Assembly (NCBI GenBank): GCA_024277355.1
Contig: JAJRVL010000005.1
Span: 1-32,000 of the forward strand
Direction of reading: 5' to 3'
Length of the DNA: 32,000 nucleotides
Source of the DNA: an archaeon
Lineage (GTDB): Archaea; Iainarchaeota; Iainarchaeia; Iainarchaeales; 1-14-0-10-31-34
Shown here: positions 27,865-32,000 of the stretch, piece after piece
Layout of the letters: every line of letters begins with the position of its first letter
How positions within the stretch are numbered: the first letter of the stretch is position 1
Made by a program: the position numbers and the translations under genes
Notes under the pieces: model-generated
What the model was told of the DNA's origin: nothing
Databases searched by the model: none
The model's input: only the letters and a program-made list of their open reading frames with translations

Positions 27865-28439
27865 TTTTTTAAAACTTTTTCAATTTCTTTTAAAGTTATT
27901 TTTCCCTGCCTTATAATCTTTTTTTCTTTTACGTAATAAATTGTGCTTGGCTTGTTTTCTTCAAGTATTCCGTCATCAATTATAAAATCAACTTTTTTGC
28001 TTAAAACTTTTACTGCTTTATCAAAAGAATAAATTGGTTTTTTTCCGGACAAATTTGCACTGGTTGAAATTATTGGTTCATTTAATTCTTTTACTATTCC
28101 TAAAGCAGTTTCATTTGAACTAATTCTTAAAGCAATTTTTTCTTTGCTTACTTCTTCAGGAATTTTATTTTTTTTTGGAACAATTAAAGTTAAATGCCCT
28201 TTAAATGCGTTAAGTAATTTTTCTGCTTCAGAATTTATTTCTGCATAATTTTCTGCCATTTTTTTGTCTGCAACAATTATCAAAAAAGGTTTTATTCTAT
28301 CTTGCTTTATTTCTCTGATTCTTTTAATTGAATTAATGTCTGTTAATTTACATCCAATTCCATAACTTGTTTCTGTTGGATAAATTATTACTCCGTTTTT
28401 CTTAAGCACAAATAAAGCCATTTTGATTTTTTTGTTCAT
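27861..28439 (-). CDS. sua5: Threonylcarbamoyl-AMP synthase (Sua5/YrdC)
   Basis: GVIIYPTETSYGIGCKLTD, IKRIREIKQDRIKPFLIIVAD, ISTSANLSGKKPI. Confidence 0.94.
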   Translation of the reverse strand: MNKKIKMALFVLKKNGVIIYPTETSYGIGCKLTDINSIKRIREIKQDRIKPFLIIVADKKMAENYAEINSEAEKLLNAFKGHLTLIVPKKNKIPEEVSKEKIALRISSNETALGIVKELNEPIISTSANLSGKKPIYSFDKAVKVLSKKVDFIIDDGILEENKPSTIYYVKEKKIIRQGKITLKEIEKVLKN

Positions 28440-28999
28440 GACATCATCACTAAAATTACTGCATTATACGCCATATGTCCTATAATATTTGGAATTAAAT
28501 TATTATTTTTTTTGAAATAATATGCTAAAAATAATCCTGCAATAAACGCTCCAATTATTTCTGTTGTTGAACCATAAGCAAAATGAGCTAAAGCAAAAAT
28601 TACTGAAGAAAAAAAGATACCCATTTTTTTCACTAAAAATCCCCTGAAAAAAATTTCTTCTGAAATTACTCTTATAGTAAGAAAATAAAAAAGAAGTAAA
28701 GGGGTTTTAATGCTTATTTTTTTTACTGTTTCAGCTACTTTTGTTAAGTCATTTATTCCAAACAAAGAACTTGAAACTGAAACTAAAAGAGAAATTGCAA
28801 TTAAACCTGCAATAATTAAAACTGATTTTTTTATTAGTTCTTTTCTGTTAATTTTTTTTATTCCTATTTCTGCAAGTGATTTTTTTACTGATTTGTTGTT
28901 ATAGCAATAGTAAATTAAAGGGAGAATAAAAATTAAATCCAATAAAATAATCTGAATTATTTTTGTTCCCCTTTTTGTTTCCATTAAGTGTAAGAACAT
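28436..28999 (-). CDS. CPBP family intramembrane metalloprotease
   Basis: [14 protein letters not shown] and FALAHFAYG motifs within a multi-pass protein. Confidence 0.88.
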   Translation of the reverse strand: MFLHLMETKRGTKIIQIILLDLIFILPLIYYCYNNKSVKKSLAEIGIKKINRKELIKKSVLIIAGLIAISLLVSVSSSLFGINDLTKVAETVKKISIKTPLLLFYFLTIRVISEEIFFRGFLVKKMGIFFSSVIFALAHFAYGSTTEIIGAFIAGLFLAYYFKKNNNLIPNIIGHMAYNAVILVMMS

Positions 29000-29154
29000 T
29001 TTCCACAGGAATGCCTGTCTTTGTGTTCAGCCATAAATACTCCTGAACCGCACTTAGGACAAAATCTGTTTTTCTTTTTTATTTCGTTTCCTGTTATTTC
29101 ATATTTTTCTGATTTTTTTATATTTGGATGTTTTTTTCTTGTTTTTTTTGCCAT
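28984..29154 (-). CDS. rps27ae: 30S ribosomal protein eS31 (S27Ae)
   Basis: Manual translation: [56 protein letters not shown] (56 aa), C4 zinc ribbon; next to eS24; below ORF-track cut-off. Confidence 0.93.
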   Translation of the reverse strand: MAKKTRKKHPNIKKSEKYEITGNEIKKKNRFCPKCGSGVFMAEHKDRHSCGKCSYT

Positions 29155-29206
29155 TAACTCACCTGTTTTCTTTCTAATTAATTTTTTTAATTGTTTTTGT
29201 TGTTTC

Positions 29207-29569
29207 TTATTTTTTCTTTTTCTTACTTTCTAATTTCTTTTTTTCTTTTGCTGTTTTTTTTGCTTCTTTTGCTTTTTTCATTTTTTCTTTTTCTTCTGAA
29301 AAATTTCTTCCTAAAACATAATCTAATTCTGTTTCTTTCATTTTACTTTTTTCTTTGTATGCTCTTGCTTTTCCAGTGCAAAATCGTGTTCCAAATGACT
29401 GCTTTATTTCTGTTATTACTGTTGAATCTGAATCTGATTCAGTTAATGCTGCAACTTTTTCTCTTAAATCTTGTGTTTTTGGTGTTGCATTTATTTCTGT
29501 TACTTTGAATTCTATTTCTTTTCTTGAAAGCAATGGATTTGTTTTTTTGCTTGTTATCTCTATCTTCAT
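29207..29569 (-). CDS. rps24e: 30S ribosomal protein eS24
   Basis: [23 protein letters not shown]...[14 protein letters not shown]...[14 protein letters not shown]. Confidence 0.94.
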   Translation of the reverse strand: MKIEITSKKTNPLLSRKEIEFKVTEINATPKTQDLREKVAALTESDSDSTVITEIKQSFGTRFCTGKARAYKEKSKMKETELDYVLGRNFSEEKEKMKKAKEAKKTAKEKKKLESKKKKK

Positions 29570-29601
29570 AAGACTACCTCTTTTATTTTTTTTTAATTTG
29601 A

Positions 29602-29796
29602 TTAACGACTTAATCTTAATGCATGTTTTCCTGTTGTGGTTATGCCCATTTTTTTTGCTATTTCTGATTTTTCTGGATTAGTTATTACTACATATCCTCT
29701 CCAGAAGGTTGTAAAGCTTGTACTTCCGCAGTTAGGGCATTTGTCGCCTTCTTCTATTACTTTTCTGCATTCTCGACATGCTTTTCCTTTACTCAT
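29602..29796 (-). CDS. spt4: Transcription elongation factor Spt4 (RpoE'')
   Basis: KACRECRKVIEEGDKCPNCGSTSFTTFWRGYVVITNPEKSEIAKKMGI. Confidence 0.95.
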   Translation of the reverse strand: MSKGKACRECRKVIEEGDKCPNCGSTSFTTFWRGYVVITNPEKSEIAKKMGITTTGKHALRLSR

Positions 29797-29808
29797 TCAA
29801 CTACCTCT

Positions 29809-30417
29809 TTATTTTTTTTTCTTTTCAGTTTTTTCTTCTTTTTTTGCTGGTTTTGCTTTTTTGTTTTTGTCTTTTTTCTTTTGGTCTATTGCAAGCCAGT
29901 CTGTTTTTCCTAATCCTGGTTGTCTCATTGTTAATCCTAATTTTGAGTTTGGAATATTTCCTTTTAGACTGCAGGTTGCTATTCTGGCTATTACCTGATC
30001 TTCTAATCCTAATTTTTTATTTGATTCTTTTCCTATAAATCCTGGTCCTTTTGCATCATAATTAATATAGTCGTTCATTATCTGGCTTACGTGGATTAAT
30101 CCTTCTATTGGGCCTGTTCTTACAAATGCACCAAATTCAGTTATTTCTGTTATGGTTCCTTCAACTATTTCTTTCATTTCTGGTTTATAGACTATTGCTT
30201 TGTATTGAGTACTATAATAGGCTGCTCCGTCTCCAGGAATTACTTTTCCTTCTCCAACGTTTTCAACTTCCATTACTGCAACAATAACTCCAATACTTTC
30301 ATCTACTATTCCTTCGTATTCATCTTTTAGTATTTTTAGTATTGCGTCATTTAATTTTCCTCCAAATTCTTTTGGCGGAACTCTTACTGTGTCTTTCATT
30401 GAAATTATTGCATACAT
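29809..30417 (-). CDS. rpoE1: DNA-directed RNA polymerase subunit E' (Rpo7)
   Basis: MYAIISMKDTVRVPPKEFG..., S1 domain VVEGTITEITEFGAFVRTGPIEGLIHVSQI. Confidence 0.95.
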   Translation of the reverse strand: MYAIISMKDTVRVPPKEFGGKLNDAILKILKDEYEGIVDESIGVIVAVMEVENVGEGKVIPGDGAAYYSTQYKAIVYKPEMKEIVEGTITEITEFGAFVRTGPIEGLIHVSQIMNDYINYDAKGPGFIGKESNKKLGLEDQVIARIATCSLKGNIPNSKLGLTMRQPGLGKTDWLAIDQKKKDKNKKAKPAKKEEKTEKKKK

Positions 30418-30433
30418 TTTTTTTCCTCCTTAT

Positions 30434-30817
30434 TTATTCAATAACAATAACCTTTTTTTGTCTTACGAATGCTGTTTTAAATCCTTTTTTTCTGATTTTT
30501 GTTCTTAATTCTTTGTCGTTTGTTGCTATAATATAATTTTCTTGTGCTAATTCTTCCATTCTTTTATCGGCATTTTCTGTTTTTGCTTTTATAATCATGC
30601 AATTTTTTTTAATTAATTTTTCTGCTATTTCTGCATTTATTTTTTTTGTTTTGTTTTTTTCTTTTAATTTTTTTAATTCTTTTAAAACTTCTTCTGGAAC
30701 AAAAAATTCTGTTTTTCCGTAATTTTTTAGTTCTTCAAAAACATCTATTTTTAGTTCTCCTATTGCCATTAACATATTTGTATCTAAAACTATTTTATTC
30801 AGTTGTTCCATAAGCAA
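30434..30817 (-). CDS. PIN domain protein, Fcf1/Utp24-like
   Basis: KIVLDTNMLM, IIATNDKELRTKIRKKG; located between aIF2-gamma and rpoE' as in many archaea. Confidence 0.88.
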   Translation of the reverse strand: MLMEQLNKIVLDTNMLMAIGELKIDVFEELKNYGKTEFFVPEEVLKELKKLKEKNKTKKINAEIAEKLIKKNCMIIKAKTENADKRMEELAQENYIIATNDKELRTKIRKKGFKTAFVRQKKVIVIE

Positions 30818-32000
30818 TTAATCTCCATCTTGCACCTTCTTTTTTGCTTATTGCTATTTTTTGGTTTGGTTCTATTGTTATTGGTACTTTAAGCATTACT
30901 TCAATTAAATCTTTTTTTAATGCAATTATGTTTCCTATTGTTGTTGCTGTTCCTGCACTTAAAACTATTATTTCTCCTTGTTTTAAGTCTGTTTTAATTC
31001 CTGTTACTTCTCTTTGAAAGTATTTTATTTTCATTTTAATGTTTGTTACTGCTTCAGGAAGGCTTCCGATTTTCCCTAAAATATTTCCTTTCATTTGATC
31101 ATTTTTAGTTAAATTTGAGTCAATTAATGTTCTTATTGAAATTAGTCCTCCTGGCACTGCTTCTTTTATTTTTCCTTCACTTGTATTTATTTCAATTATT
31201 TTTACTTTGTTTTTTTTATTGTTTATTCCAGGACTTAATTCAAGTTCGTCTCCTGTTTTTATTTTTCCCTGCATTATTGTTCCGCCTAATGCTCCTCCAA
31301 TTAATTCTTTGATTTTTATTCCTGGCTTGTTTATGTCAAAGCTTCTTGCAACATACATTTTCACAGGTTTTTTTTCATCTATTTTTGGTGAAGGAATTTT
31401 TTTTTCTATTGTTTCAATTAATAAATCAATATTTGTTCCGAAATGAGCTGCAGTAGGAATTATTTCTGCTTCAAAATCAAATTCTTTAAGAAATTTTTTT
31501 ATTTGATGGTAGTTTTCTGTTGCTTGTTTTTTGTCAACTAAATCTATTTTGTTTTGTGCTACAATAATGTTTTTTATTCCGCTGACTTTTAATGCCATTA
31601 AATGTTCTTTTGTTCTTGGCTGAGGACAGAATTCATTTGCAGCAATAACTAATATTGCTCCATGCATTAATGCAGCTCCTGAAATCATTGTTGTCATTAA
31701 TGTTTCATGTCCTGGAGCATCAACAAAACTGACTTTTCTTAATCTTTTTGTTTTCTTTTTGCAGTGAGAGCAAGTTTCTTGTGTTGTATATGCTTCTGCG
31801 CCTTTACATGCAGGGCATTTATAAAATACTGCATCAGCATAACCTAATCTAATTGAAATTCCTCTTTTTAGTTCTTCTGAATGTGTGTCAGTCCATTTGC
31901 CGCTTAATGCATGCGTCAGTGAAGTTTTTCCATGGTCTACATGGCCTATTAATCCTATGTTAACTTCTGCCTGACTAATTTCTTTTTTCATTTTTTTCAC
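30795..32000 (-). CDS. eif2g: Translation initiation factor 2 subunit gamma (reaches the window end; start uncertain)
   Basis: VNIGLIGHVDHGKTSLTHALSGKWTD, CPACKG...CSHCKK zinc knuckle, FVDAPGHETLMTTMISGAALMHGAILVIAANE, AQNKIDL. Confidence 0.96.
   Translation of the reverse strand: MKKMKKEISQAEVNIGLIGHVDHGKTSLTHALSGKWTDTHSEELKRGISIRLGYADAVFYKCPACKGAEAYTTQETCSHCKKKTKRLRKVSFVDAPGHETLMTTMISGAALMHGAILVIAANEFCPQPRTKEHLMALKVSGIKNIIVAQNKIDLVDKKQATENYHQIKKFLKEFDFEAEIIPTAAHFGTNIDLLIETIEKKIPSPKIDEKKPVKMYVARSFDINKPGIKIKELIGGALGGTIMQGKIKTGDELELSPGINNKKNKVKIIEINTSEGKIKEAVPGGLISIRTLIDSNLTKNDQMKGNILGKIGSLPEAVTNIKMKIKYFQREVTGIKTDLKQGEIIVLSAGTATTIGNIIALKKDLIEVMLKVPITIEPNQKIAISKKEGARWRLIAYGTTE

Noticed and set aside
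28436-28999. CPBP protein as an abortive-infection or phage-defence gene
   Set aside because: No other defence or mobile genes are nearby; the context is housekeeping.
29021-29233. Plus-strand 70-aa ORF from the ORF track
   Set aside because: It is antisense to the manually identified eS31 gene (28984..29154) and is low-complexity Phe-rich.
30434-30817. PIN-domain protein as a toxin of a toxin-antitoxin pair
   Set aside because: It sits in the conserved aIF2g-PIN-rpoE'-spt4 arrangement, resembles Fcf1/Utp24 rRNA-processing proteins and has no antitoxin partner.
1-32000. tRNA, rRNA, CRISPR array, IS element or integrase
   Set aside because: Intergenic gaps are mostly short; I saw no T-loop GGTTCRA pattern, no spaced direct repeats and no transposase-like ORF. 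A tRNAscan/Infernal run would be needed to exclude small ncRNAs.

Overview
AT-rich, gene-dense archaeal chromosomal window, possibly from a reduced or DPANN-like genome; lineage cannot be fixed from sequence alone. It is dominated by information-processing and housekeeping genes: partial SepF, both subunits of DNA polymerase D, UPF0147, a Nog1-like GTPase, SecF/SecD, CDP-archaeol synthase, SppA, eS1, uS15, Bud32, a DnaJ/DnaK/GrpE cluster with a divergent HTH regulator, Kae1, Sua5, eS31, eS24, Spt4, RpoE', a PIN protein and aIF2-gamma (partial). No tRNA, rRNA, CRISPR, transposon or defence island was found. The best leads are: (1) an archaeosortase-like gene 1 bp downstream of CDP-archaeol synthase, with a candidate substrate in the same window ending in LPET + hydrophobic helix + NRK; (2) a tryptophanase/tyrosine phenol-lyase gene split by one in-frame TAA with the frame otherwise intact; (3) a perfect inverted repeat (TGACTAAA-CTC-TTTAGTCA) between the HTH regulator and the grpE-dnaK operon; (4) small ORFs absent from the supplied ORF track: eS31, a 44-aa acidic ORF between grpE and dnaK, a 51-aa SWIB-like ORF and a 53-aa membrane peptide; (5) a HELSH membrane protein in a cluster of small membrane proteins. 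No clearly unprecedented multi-gene system is evident; the sortase/lipid pairing comes closest.
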